A stretch of 64,000 bases of DNA from a virus (taxonomy: Duplodnaviria; Caudoviricetes), in IMG/VR virus record IMGVR_UViG_3300005841_000939; one strand, 5' to 3'. Under the pieces are notes generated by a model. The model saw only the letters and a program-made list of their open reading frames with translations. It was not told where the DNA came from and ran no database searches. A program made the translations under genes and the position numbers. Of the stretch, positions 1-9,041 are shown piece after piece (positions within the stretch are counted from its first letter, which is position 1; each line of letters begins with the position of its first letter).

Positions 1-1878
1 ACAAATCATGCAATTCCAGTTGTAATCAGTGGTTCAAGAAAAACTATTAAGCCTGGACAAATTTTGAATGGTCCTCAAGCATTACTTTCAATTCCTGGAC
101 TTCAACTAGTTCAATCTGAAAAGAAAATTATTATTCCAGATGCAGTAAACAAGCGGGTTGAAGATGTTATGTCATCTGAGACAAGCGTACAACCTACACC
201 ACCTGAAAAAGTTTCAGTTAATTTTGAATTTATACAAACGCAAGAGGATACTTTGGAAACAGAAAGTAAATTTAATTCTATTAATACATTTTTAAAAGAA
301 TATAGAGATAGAAATGATGTACCATCAGTAACAATTGGCATATTAACAAAAAATCAATATCAACTTGTCGTTGATTGCTGTGAATCTATTTTCAATAAAG
401 TTCAATATAAGAATGTGACACTTTTTATTATTGATACAGGATCAAATGATCAAAATGTGAGGAATTATTATAAACTTCTTCCACAAAAATGCGCTGATAA
501 AAATTGGACTTATCAGTTCATGCAAATTGATCATTATCACTTTAGTCAAAACTATAATTCAGCAGCACGTCAAGTAAAAACTGATTATTTCCTAATTCAA
601 AATAATGATACAGTTGCATTGAATGATTATGTTTCTCAAATGATGGTTGTTGCGATCAATCAAAAGGTTGGTTCAGTTGGAACGCGCATGTTGTACAAAG
701 ATGGTTCAATACAACATGATGGCCAATTCATTTACAATGGCCCTAATGGACAAATATCTACACCAGGACATTTGCATCTAAGAGTTAAGCCTGAACAATT
801 AAATGATCAACAAAACTTTGGAACACACTTGGTAGACGGAAACACTGCCGCTGGTGTCCTTATGAAAACATCAGAATATATTGCCATTGGTGGTATTGAT
901 GAGGGATATAAAGATATTTTCCAAGATGTTGATTTAATGATGAAAATTACTCCTATGTTGGGTAAATTTAATTATTGTTCAAGAGACGCAAATATTATTC
1001 ACATTGACAATGCAACACGATTAATGCAAGGACATGATCCGAAACGTGCAGCAGCAATGTGGGAAGATACACATTATTTGAAAGATCGTGTTGTTAAAAA
1101 TAACTGGATTTATTCAAAGAAACAAGAACCGGTAGATTTTTCATTTATTACGCTTGTTAGAGATACGCAAAAATATAATCAATTCTTGACTTCGCTTTCC
1201 CAACAAATGGGTGCTAACTCTTATGAAGTTATACCTATTCCAAATTACTTTAATCAAATAAATTCTGCTTTTAGAGGATTGAATATTGGTCAAGATATTT
1301 CAAACGGTAAATATTTAATTTTCTGTCATGATGATATTATTCTTTCAAATAATTGGATTGAACGGTTGAAATATCACATCCGAAACTTAGAAAATAATTC
1401 TATTCAATGGGGTGTTCTTGGACCTGCAGGTATAACTATTGGATCTGAACAAGGTGCATATTTCTTAACAACTGAAACAGGCGAAAATATAAAAATAAAA
1501 GATTCATCAGTAATAAATGATAAAGAAATTTATGAAGTTGGATGCCTAGATGAACTCTGCTTAATTACTAAAAAGTCAACAGGATTACGTTTCTCTGATA
1601 GAGAATTGAGTGGATTTCATTTTTACGGAGGAAATCTTTGCTTAGAGTCTAAGAGACTAGGATTGAGAAACTTCGCTATTGATTGCTGGACATTCCATCA
1701 AAGCGATGGCAATAAAAACGTTTCTAGTAAGGAAAAATTTGATCTTTTCTATGAGTCAGCAAAAACCTTTCAAATGTGGTCCATGAAAAGTGGCATAACA
1801 TCTTGGAGAACAACGACAACCAAGTGTTCCGGTCCACGTCAAGAAGACTTGATGATTTTTATAGATAGCCCCGTATGA
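1..1878 (+). CDS. Two-domain GT-A/GT2-type glycosyltransferase, 5'-partial (frame open from base 1)
   Basis: VTIGILT..IIDTGS..FLIQNNDT (DxD-like), GGIDEGY..FQDVDL; second GT-A domain FCHDDIIL..GVLGPAG..DELCLI..GFHFYG. Confidence 0.85.
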   Translation, partial: TNHAIPVVISGSRKTIKPGQILNGPQALLSIPGLQLVQSEKKIIIPDAVNKRVEDVMSSETSVQPTPPEKVSVNFEFIQTQEDTLETESKFNSINTFLKEYRDRNDVPSVTIGILTKNQYQLVVDCCESIFNKVQYKNVTLFIIDTGSNDQNVRNYYKLLPQKCADKNWTYQFMQIDHYHFSQNYNSAARQVKTDYFLIQNNDTVALNDYVSQMMVVAINQKVGSVGTRMLYKDGSIQHDGQFIYNGPNGQISTPGHLHLRVKPEQLNDQQNFGTHLVDGNTAAGVLMKTSEYIAIGGIDEGYKDIFQDVDLMMKITPMLGKFNYCSRDANIIHIDNATRLMQGHDPKRAAAMWEDTHYLKDRVVKNNWIYSKKQEPVDFSFITLVRDTQKYNQFLTSLSQQMGANSYEVIPIPNYFNQINSAFRGLNIGQDISNGKYLIFCHDDIILSNNWIERLKYHIRNLENNSIQWGVLGPAGITIGSEQGAYFLTTETGENIKIKDSSVINDKEIYEVGCLDELCLITKKSTGLRFSDRELSGFHFYGGNLCLESKRLGLRNFAIDCWTFHQSDGNKNVSSKEKFDLFYESAKTFQMWSMKSGITSWRTTTTKCSGPRQEDLMIFIDSPV

Positions 1879-1984
1879 TATTTTGTACATTGTCCGTTAG
1901 CTTGAGTTTTCAAATAGCTCCAGTTGTAAATTGATTAGGTGAGAAACAAAGCCTTTTCTTTTGAGTCAACGTTAAAAATTTGAG

Positions 1985-2205
1985 GAAGAGTTTGTGATAT
2001 TTCCTAGTAGATGAGGCGTATTATGGACGTGCCGAGGGGACAAAGGCAAGCAGAAAGTAACATCTACCGCCTATATCATAAGACAGCTCACAGGCGTTGT
2101 GTGATGAGTTTCTTCGGGCCCGAAGAATGGTCAAATATTTCCAGGTCTCCATACAGAGGATAACTCAGTATGGCCTAAGAGATACTCGGCTATTCTTAAA
2201 ATTTA
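1985..2205. other. GC-enriched non-coding segment with several stems (candidate structured RNA or origin)
   Basis: No ORF; stems CCATAC-agag-gataa-ctca-GTATGG, CACA/TGTG, GTAGATG/CATCTAC, AGGCG/CGCCT. Confidence 0.35.
2110..2127. repeat. Perfect 18-bp palindrome TTCTTCGGGCCCGAAGAA
   Basis: Read directly from the sequence. Confidence 0.95.
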
Positions 2206-2252
2206 ACGATTTTTCAGGGAAGAGCAGTTTTATTTAGAAAAAATTATTCAAG

Positions 2253-2277
2253 GAAGAATAAGAAGAATAAGAAGAAA
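2253..2277 (+). repeat. Purine tandem repeat (GAAGAATAA)x2.7
   Basis: Read directly from the sequence. Confidence 0.85.
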
Positions 2278-2390
2278 AAATACCAAAAAGAAGTTTATAT
2301 CCTCATTATTTGTAAATTATGAATATTCATAGTAATTACTAATATTTTTATTATTAGTAATAACGCCGAAAACACCCTCTTCTTACTTAT

Positions 2391-2438
2391 CCTTTACTTT
2401 CGCTACGCTCAAGATAAAGGACTCGCTCCTTTAGGAGC
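2391..2438 (-). terminator. Tandem hairpins just downstream of the minus-strand ORF ending at 2445
   Basis: CCTTTA...TAAAGG and GCTCCT-TT-AGGAGC stems; no clear U-tract. Confidence 0.45.
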
Positions 2439-2444
2439 TTCGTC

Positions 2445-3059
2445 TTACATTCTGTTTGTATTTGGTAAGTTATTTTTAAATTTCTTGGCGCCAAACTGTT
2501 TTCTTGCAGTAGGACCAACAACAATTCCATCGCTACTTTGATCTTTAAAATGACCAAGTTGATATTTACCAAGTGTTGCTTTTTCAACATTTTCTTGAAA
2601 AAAGTTTTCTTCATCTGAATCTTCAATATAAATTGGTTTCAAAAAACATTTACATGCTGAAAAGTATTCTTCTATTGCCTTTTTATCTTCATCTGATATG
2701 TTTCCATCAGGTGCAACAATTAATTTATGATTACCTGGTACATTTCCATTTGGATAAGGTATAGCATCAGCTTGTGGATGCACTTTAACAACACCAACAA
2801 TGACTAAATTCTGATTATCAGGTGTTTCTGTTGGAATTATTACATCCCATCCCATATCATCAGAAGGATTAATGTACAAAGGTGTTTCTCCATAAGAAAA
2901 TGGCAAAACAACATCTTGTCTCCAACGACCGTTTTCACCTTTATGCAACTCAACTGTAACAGGTACGGGGTTTGATGTACCAATATCAACTATCTCACGA
3001 AAAGAAGTTTTCTTTGATTCATTTTCAAAAATATATGTTAAAATACCTTGTGTATTCAT
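2445..3059 (-). CDS. Inorganic-pyrophosphatase-like (InPase-type) protein, late gene
   Basis: VELHKG..PFSYG..PSDDMGWDVII..IVGVVK..NHKLIVAP..IEEYF follows the family I PPase motif order; TATAAATA upstream. Confidence 0.5.
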   Translation of the reverse strand: MNTQGILTYIFENESKKTSFREIVDIGTSNPVPVTVELHKGENGRWRQDVVLPFSYGETPLYINPSDDMGWDVIIPTETPDNQNLVIVGVVKVHPQADAIPYPNGNVPGNHKLIVAPDGNISDEDKKAIEEYFSACKCFLKPIYIEDSDEENFFQENVEKATLGKYQLGHFKDQSSDGIVVGPTARKQFGAKKFKNNLPNTNRM

Positions 3060-3078
3060 GGATCATCCTGGTTAAACG

Positions 3079-3086
3079 TATTTATA
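3079..3086 (-). promoter_or_regulatory. T4-type late promoter TATAAATA
   Basis: Exact match 20 nt upstream of the minus-strand ATG at 3059, followed by SD AGGA. Confidence 0.75.
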
Positions 3087-3095
3087 GCTTTTTCA

Positions 3096-3123
3096 TTGAT
3101 TTATGATACAAAAATGATAAGAT
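3096..3123 (+). promoter_or_regulatory. Sigma70-like promoter TTGATT-N16-TAAGAT with TGn extension
   Basis: Upstream of nrdB; same layout as other promoters in the window. Confidence 0.6.
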
Positions 3124-3142
3124 TATCTTCTATTTGGTTTAG

Positions 3143-3150
3143 TATAAATA
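3143..3150 (+). promoter_or_regulatory. Late promoter motif TATAAATA upstream of nrdB
   Basis: Exact match in an intergenic region. Confidence 0.5.
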
Positions 3151-3279
3151 AAAATACAAGTTGAATCACAGAAAGTAAAGTTATGAACAAGTATTCGGTT
3201 AATTTGAATGCAACCACAAAAATCATTACTTCACTTTCTGTTCAACAATAAACTAAATTAATTTTTGAGGCAAAACACA

Positions 3280-4254
3280 ATGGTTGTTGAAGAACCTATT
3301 CTTATCCCCACCTTAGACCGATTTGTAGTGTTTCCTATCAAGTATCCGACTATTTGGGAATACTATAAAAAGCAAGAAAATTCATTCTGGACAGCAGAAG
3401 AATTAGACTTGTCAAGTGATGTCAGAGATTGGGAAGAAAAACTTACTGATGATGAAAAACATTTTATTTCATATACCTTAGCATTCTTTGCAGGGTCAGA
3501 TGGAATTGTCAATGAAAACATCGCTGCCCGTTTTTATAATGAAGTTCAAATTCCTGAAGCAAGAATGGCATATTCATTTCAGATCGCAATGGAAGGTATT
3601 CATGCTGAAACATATTCATTGTTGATTGATACATACATTCGTGATGCAAAACAAAAAGATTTCCTTTTAAATGCAATTAAGAATATCCCAATCATCAAGA
3701 AAAAGGCTGAATGGGCTTTTAAATATTTGGAAGGTGACCAATCATTTGCTGAACGTTTGATTGCCTTTGCCGTTATAGAAGGATTATTCTTCTCGTCTAG
3801 CTTCTGTTCAATCTATTGGTTAAAGAAGCGTGGATTAATGCAAGGTCTTGGAGTAAGCAATGAATTGATCGCAAGAGATGAATCAGTTCATAGAGAATTT
3901 GCTTGTCATCTTTATTCTTTCTTGAATGCAAAACTTCCAACAGGAAGAATTAAAGAAATAATTCAAGAAGCCGTAGAAATTGAAACTGAATTTGCAACAG
4001 AAGCTTTGCCTGTTTCTCTCATTGGCATGAACAAAGATTTAATGTCAACCTACATTAGATATGTTGCTGACAATATCCTAAGTGCATTGGGTGAAGAAAC
4101 AATTTACAATGTACAAAATCCATTTGATTTTATGGATCTTATATCTCTTCAAGGAAAATCTAACTTCTTTGAAAAACGCGTGACTGAATACCGTAAAGCT
4201 GGTGTAGGTCAATCTGTTGAGGGAAATAAAATCGTTTTTGACGCTGAAATTTAA
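3280..4254 (+). CDS. nrdB: Ribonucleotide reductase class Ia beta subunit
   Basis: FWTAEELDL, LAFFAGSDGIVNEN, EGIHAETY, EGLFFSSSF, IARDESVH, KSNFFEKRVTEY; ATG 3280 has a GAGG SD. Confidence 0.97.
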   Translation: MVVEEPILIPTLDRFVVFPIKYPTIWEYYKKQENSFWTAEELDLSSDVRDWEEKLTDDEKHFISYTLAFFAGSDGIVNENIAARFYNEVQIPEARMAYSFQIAMEGIHAETYSLLIDTYIRDAKQKDFLLNAIKNIPIIKKKAEWAFKYLEGDQSFAERLIAFAVIEGLFFSSSFCSIYWLKKRGLMQGLGVSNELIARDESVHREFACHLYSFLNAKLPTGRIKEIIQEAVEIETEFATEALPVSLIGMNKDLMSTYIRYVADNILSALGEETIYNVQNPFDFMDLISLQGKSNFFEKRVTEYRKAGVGQSVEGNKIVFDAEI

Positions 4255-4281
4255 ACGTATAATCTAACTTGGAGTTACTGA

Positions 4282-6726
4282 ATGCTAGTCTTAAAAAGGG
4301 ATGGACAAAAAGAACCTGTAAAATTGGAGAAAATCCAAAAGCGAATTAAAGTAGCTTCTAAAGGATTAAACCGTGTTGATGTTGATGCAGTTTCGCAAAA
4401 AGTTGTTGCTGGTCTTTACGATTGTGTTACATCAAAAGAACTTGATAACCTAGCAATTGAAACTGCTGCGTATCTTTCTGCAAAGGATCCTCAATACGAT
4501 ACCCTAGCAGTTCGTTTGGCAGTTTCAACTTTACATAAAGAGACTGATGAAACCTTTAGTTCAGCTATTGAAAAGTTGTACAACAATACAGATACACATG
4601 GTAATCCTAAGCCTCTTATTTCAGAAGAAGTTTATAAAATTGTAAAGAAAAATTCTTCATTTTTGAATTCTTCTATTGTAGATAATAGAGATTATTTGTT
4701 TGATTATTTTGGTTTTAAAACACTTGAGCGTTCTTATCTATTAAAGATTAAGAAGAAAATTATTGAACGTCCTCAACATATGTGGATGCGTGTTTCCATT
4801 GGTATTCATAAAACAGATTTGGAAGCCGCAGTCAACACATACAACAAAATGAGTTTGTTGGAAATGACTCACGCTACACCTACACTTTTCAATGCAGGTA
4901 CTCCAAAGAATCAAATGAGTTCATGTTTCCTTCTTCAAGTAGAAGATGATTCTGTTCATGGTATTTTTAATTCGTTGAAAGAAACTGCCCTCATTTCACA
5001 AAGTGCAGGTGGAATTGGTATCTCATTTTCAAATGTACGTTCAAAAGGCTCTGTAATTTATGGTACTGGTGGCTCATCAAATGGTATCGTTCCATTCCTA
5101 AAGATTTTTGAAGCAACTGCCCGTGGCATTGATCAAGGTGGAGGTAAACGCAAGGGTTCATTCGCAATTTATTTGGAACCATGGCACGCTGATATTTTTG
5201 AGTTCTTGGACCTGCGTAAAAACAATGGCAAAGAAGAAATGCGCGCAAGAGATTTAAATCTTGCTTTATGGATACCTGATATTTTCATGAAGCGTGTTGA
5301 GGCTGATGGCGATTGGACTTTACTAGATCCAAATAAGTGCCATGGTCTGCATGATTCATTTGGTGATGAATTTGAACAAAAGTATTTGAAGTTTGAATCT
5401 GAAGGTAAGGGTGAAAAAACTATCAAGGCCAGACAAGTTTGGGAAGCAATCATTACCTCTCAAATTGAAACAGGGCAACCATATATTCTTTATAAGGATG
5501 CAGCATGCCGTAAATCAAATCAAAAGAACTTGATTGGTAATGGAAAAAATTTGTCTTCAAATCTTTGTGCTGAAATTCTTGAAGTTGTTGGTAAAGATGA
5601 TATTTCCGTTTGTAACTTGGCATCAATTTCGTTGAAATCATGTATTGAAGGTAAAAAGGAAAAGATTTTTAACTTTGAAAAATTGGAAGAAATTGCACGC
5701 ACATTAACAGCCAATTTGAATCGTGTTATTGATGAAAATTACTATCCTGTAGAAAAAGCTAGAACAACTAACCTGCGTGATCGTCCAATTGGTATTGGTG
5801 TTCAAGGGTTAGCGGATGCATTCGCAGTTATGGGTTATTCATGGGATTCAGCAGAAGCTAAACAATTGAATAAAGATATTTTTGAAACAATATATTTTGG
5901 TGCTGTTTCAGAAAGTATTGTACAAGCAAGAGCTTCAGGCGTTTATGGTACATATGAAGGAAGCCCAGCATCACAAGGATTGTTACAATTTGATTTATGG
6001 AATATTGCACCTTCTGATCGTCATGATTGGAAGAAAGTAAAATCTGATTTGAAAAAATATGGCATGAAGAATAGTCTTCTTATTTGCTGTATGCCAACAG
6101 CATCAACTTCACAAATTCTCGGTAACACAGAATCAATTGAAATGACAACATCAAATCTTTATAAGCGTTCAACATTATCTGGTGAATTTGTTGTTATTAA
6201 TAAATATTTGGTAGATGATTTGATAAAGCAAAACCTTTGGAATGATGGATTACGTCAAAAGATCATGGCAGCAGATGGATCAATTCAAGGTATTGAAGAA
6301 ATTCCTGCAGAAATAAAAGCACTGTACAAAACTGTTTGGGAAACAAGTCAAAAAGTAATTCTCAATATGGCTGCTGATCGTGGTCCTTATATTTGTCAAA
6401 CTCAAAGTATGAATTTGTATGTAAGGGATGCAAATATGGCTAAAATGACAACAGCATTATTCCATGGTTGGAAAGCTGGTTTGAAGACTGGCATTTATTA
6501 CTTACGTCAGCAAGCTGCATCTGATGCTGTAAAGATTACTCTTGATAATAAGGTAAAAGTTAAGGATGATGAACTACTTTCTAAAGCAATAAAGAAACTA
6601 GAATATTCTGGATATGACAAGGAAACTATGGATATGCTTAAACAAAATCCTAAAGAATTAATTGAAATTGCCAAGGGCGTTTGTTCTATTGCTGATCCAA
6701 AAAGTTGCGATATGTGTTCAGGCTAA
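4282..6726 (+). CDS. nrdA: Ribonucleotide reductase class Ia alpha subunit with ATP cone
   Basis: VLKRDG cone, SSCFL, GGGKRKG, SNLCAEI, PTAST, KTGIYYLR, C-terminal CxxC. Confidence 0.98.
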   Translation: MLVLKRDGQKEPVKLEKIQKRIKVASKGLNRVDVDAVSQKVVAGLYDCVTSKELDNLAIETAAYLSAKDPQYDTLAVRLAVSTLHKETDETFSSAIEKLYNNTDTHGNPKPLISEEVYKIVKKNSSFLNSSIVDNRDYLFDYFGFKTLERSYLLKIKKKIIERPQHMWMRVSIGIHKTDLEAAVNTYNKMSLLEMTHATPTLFNAGTPKNQMSSCFLLQVEDDSVHGIFNSLKETALISQSAGGIGISFSNVRSKGSVIYGTGGSSNGIVPFLKIFEATARGIDQGGGKRKGSFAIYLEPWHADIFEFLDLRKNNGKEEMRARDLNLALWIPDIFMKRVEADGDWTLLDPNKCHGLHDSFGDEFEQKYLKFESEGKGEKTIKARQVWEAIITSQIETGQPYILYKDAACRKSNQKNLIGNGKNLSSNLCAEILEVVGKDDISVCNLASISLKSCIEGKKEKIFNFEKLEEIARTLTANLNRVIDENYYPVEKARTTNLRDRPIGIGVQGLADAFAVMGYSWDSAEAKQLNKDIFETIYFGAVSESIVQARASGVYGTYEGSPASQGLLQFDLWNIAPSDRHDWKKVKSDLKKYGMKNSLLICCMPTASTSQILGNTESIEMTTSNLYKRSTLSGEFVVINKYLVDDLIKQNLWNDGLRQKIMAADGSIQGIEEIPAEIKALYKTVWETSQKVILNMAADRGPYICQTQSMNLYVRDANMAKMTTALFHGWKAGLKTGIYYLRQQAASDAVKITLDNKVKVKDDELLSKAIKKLEYSGYDKETMDMLKQNPKELIEIAKGVCSIADPKSCDMCSG

Positions 6727-6774
6727 AATTTTTTACTTTGTAATACAATAAGTAAGAATTTTAAAAGGAAAAAT

Positions 6775-7170
6775 ATGAAAAGTAAAAAGTTAGTAACAGC
6801 GACAAAAGTAACCAATAGTGATCCATATATTGAAGCTGAAAATGATCCAAGAATCACTCCAAAAAGAACAAAGAAGGTTGCACTTGAACCTCTTGAAGAT
6901 AATGTAATTGTTCAAAAAATTGAAATTTCAAGAACAATTTCCCAAGGTGGAATTTTTATTCCAGAATCAGCTTCAAAAGAAAAACCACAACAAGCTACTG
7001 TAATTGCTGTTGGTCCTGGTCGCTATCTTCAAAATGGTCAATTAGTAAAATCAGTACTAAAGCCTGGAGATACTATTATAATGGGTCGTTTTGGTGGCAC
7101 AGATGTTACCGTAGAAGGTGATCTTTTGACAATCATCAAAGAACAAGACATAGTTGCTAAAGTTGTCTAA
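6775..7170 (+). CDS. groES: Co-chaperonin GroES with N-terminal extension
   Basis: PLEDNVIV..SQGGIFIPES..KEKP..VIAVGPG..VLKPGD..IKEQDIVAKV. Confidence 0.93.
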   Translation: MKSKKLVTATKVTNSDPYIEAENDPRITPKRTKKVALEPLEDNVIVQKIEISRTISQGGIFIPESASKEKPQQATVIAVGPGRYLQNGQLVKSVLKPGDTIIMGRFGGTDVTVEGDLLTIIKEQDIVAKVV

Positions 7171-7181
7171 ATAATAATAAT

Positions 7182-7784
7182 ATGAAGTTCAATCGCTATG
7201 TAGATTTAGAAGAAGGTAAAGATAATATTTCATTACCTAAACTCTGGCTACATGGCGATAGGAATAAAAGAACTTCATTTAAAGATCAAAAAATGGATCG
7301 TGATCCATATGGGAATGATTCTCCAAATGAAAGCGGTCCGGGTATTTATTTTACACAGCTATTAAGTGAAGCTAGAAATTATGCTGCACCTGATGGGTTT
7401 ATCTATCAATGTGAAATAACACCAAATAAAGTTCTTACTTTAAATACAAAAAACTCTAAAATAGCTATTGAAAAATTGATTAGTTGGGCTGAACCAGAAA
7501 ATCTTAAAAAATATTTGGAAAATTGGGATGAAAATCCCAAATTAGCGTTTAGAAAAGCAGTTTCAAACATGGTTAATCATTATTCAAAATTAATTGATGC
7601 CGCTTGGACTATTTCTAATGATGAGTATGCATATGATCCTAACGGTTGGGCAAATTCAATGCTAAACTTGGGATATGATGCATTTTATAACGAAAAACGT
7701 GATCATTTAATTGTTTACAATCCTAAAATTATTAGAATTGTAAAAGAAATACCATATGGTACTGAAAACGACGAAGAACTTTAA
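7182..7784 (+). CDS. ADP-ribosyltransferase-fold protein (ART-PolyVal-like)
   Basis: LHG..F..GPGIYFT..EARNYA..GFIYQCEI..GYDAF..LIVYNPKII; CTAAATA overlaps the groES stop. Confidence 0.65.
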   Translation: MKFNRYVDLEEGKDNISLPKLWLHGDRNKRTSFKDQKMDRDPYGNDSPNESGPGIYFTQLLSEARNYAAPDGFIYQCEITPNKVLTLNTKNSKIAIEKLISWAEPENLKKYLENWDENPKLAFRKAVSNMVNHYSKLIDAAWTISNDEYAYDPNGWANSMLNLGYDAFYNEKRDHLIVYNPKIIRIVKEIPYGTENDEEL

Positions 7785-8200
7785 GCTTCTTCGGTTGAAT
7801 AAATTTCAGGATGATCAAGACCGAACATATAGACTAAATCAGCAGCCTTAGTATTGGCTTCATCTTCCAATTGTTTATTGCGACCTTGCATTTTTTCTGG
7901 AATTCTTTTATCTTCATCTTGCTTATAATGCACTAATTCATGTGCAAGGGTTCTAAAGAAATCTGCCATTGCACGGCCAAGTTTTAAAACAGATACTTCC
8001 TTATCTTTAGGATCATAGCAACCAAATGTCATTCCTTCTTTTCTTTTAGAAAGAATTTTTATTGAAGGTAACTGCTTTATACCCAAGTTTTTAGCTACAA
8101 ATCTTATAAACAATGTTTGAAGGTCTGGTGTGGTATCTTCAATTTCAACAATTAACTTGACCTCAGCATTTTCAAAAAGTAAACCTAAGTTATTTGTCAT
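7781..8200 (-). CDS. Small zincin metallopeptidase-like protein, late gene
   Basis: GCY..TLAHELVHYKQ (HExxH)..EDEAN; TATAAATA 10 nt upstream. Confidence 0.75.
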   Translation of the reverse strand: MTNNLGLLFENAEVKLIVEIEDTTPDLQTLFIRFVAKNLGIKQLPSIKILSKRKEGMTFGCYDPKDKEVSVLKLGRAMADFFRTLAHELVHYKQDEDKRIPEKMQGRNKQLEDEANTKAADLVYMFGLDHPEIYSTEEA

Positions 8201-8209
8201 AGTAATTCT

Positions 8210-8217
8210 TATTTATA
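8210..8217 (-). promoter_or_regulatory. Late promoter TATAAATA
   Basis: Exact match upstream of the ATG at 8200. Confidence 0.75.
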
Positions 8218-8270
8218 TTTTTTAGTTTGATTTATGATACAAAGTGTGTAGTTGTTAGAGTTCAATACAT

Positions 8271-9041
8271 ATGCCAAATGCAATTTTGTTTCACGGAACG
8301 ACATCTCATTTTTTAGATTCTATTGAAAAGGAAGGATTAATACCATTTCCTAAAAATAGAATTTATAGTTTCCATGATGGATCAATTGATTGTTTTAGTA
8401 AAAAAAGTTTAGGTGGAGTGTATCTAACATCTAAACGCGAATCAGCAAAACATGCTGCTGATATTGCATGTGACAGAATCCAAGATGGAAATCCTATAAT
8501 ATTTCAAATTTCAGTTAATTTAAATGATGTTATTGCTGATGAGGATGAAATAACCCCAGGAATAGATCAAGCATGGTATGAGACTGTCTCGTATATGAAA
8601 CATAACTCAAATAATATGGGTGCTATATTAGCTGAAATACAAAATTCATCCTCAGATCATTTTAAACTTAGACATAATTTTATGAATTCACTTCATGCAT
8701 TCATTGGTGAAGGTGATGAAAGAAATGATGAATTATTAGAAAATACATTTTATGGATTAATAAGATTGAAATGTGCTCATTCGCATCATATAGATAAAAA
8801 ACATTTTTGTATTCAATATCAATCACATAATAAATTTTTTAGAAATCATAATGAAGAATTTTCAACATTAGAAGATGAAGAAGATAAGTTTCAGATAATT
8901 GTTGATAAGTTAACAAAACATTATGTTGGATATATCAAAAGCGCATTAGATACTAATTGGTTAGGAATAACCACTTGCCGAACATTACAAACCATTCCAT
9001 GGGAAACTGATAGAGATACAAAAATAATCAAGTTTGAATAA
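8271..9041 (+). CDS. ADP-ribosyltransferase-fold protein (H-Y type)
   Basis: LFHGT..SIEKEGLIP..GVYLT..A..AA..GNPIIFQI..DED. Confidence 0.6.
   Translation: MPNAILFHGTTSHFLDSIEKEGLIPFPKNRIYSFHDGSIDCFSKKSLGGVYLTSKRESAKHAADIACDRIQDGNPIIFQISVNLNDVIADEDEITPGIDQAWYETVSYMKHNSNNMGAILAEIQNSSSDHFKLRHNFMNSLHAFIGEGDERNDELLENTFYGLIRLKCAHSHHIDKKHFCIQYQSHNKFFRNHNEEFSTLEDEEDKFQIIVDKLTKHYVGYIKSALDTNWLGITTCRTLQTIPWETDRDTKIIKFE

Noticed and set aside
2100-2135. Hammerhead ribozyme (GTGATGAG + stem)
   Set aside because: It lacks the CUGA start and the GAAA after stem II.
1980-2205. RNase P RNA resemblance (GAGGAAG.., GCAGAAAG, ACTCGGCT)
   Set aside because: Fragments are imperfect, the spacing is too short, and no P4 pairing could be built.
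3183-3251. 22-aa uORF before nrdB
   Set aside because: No SD and no informative sequence; probably chance.
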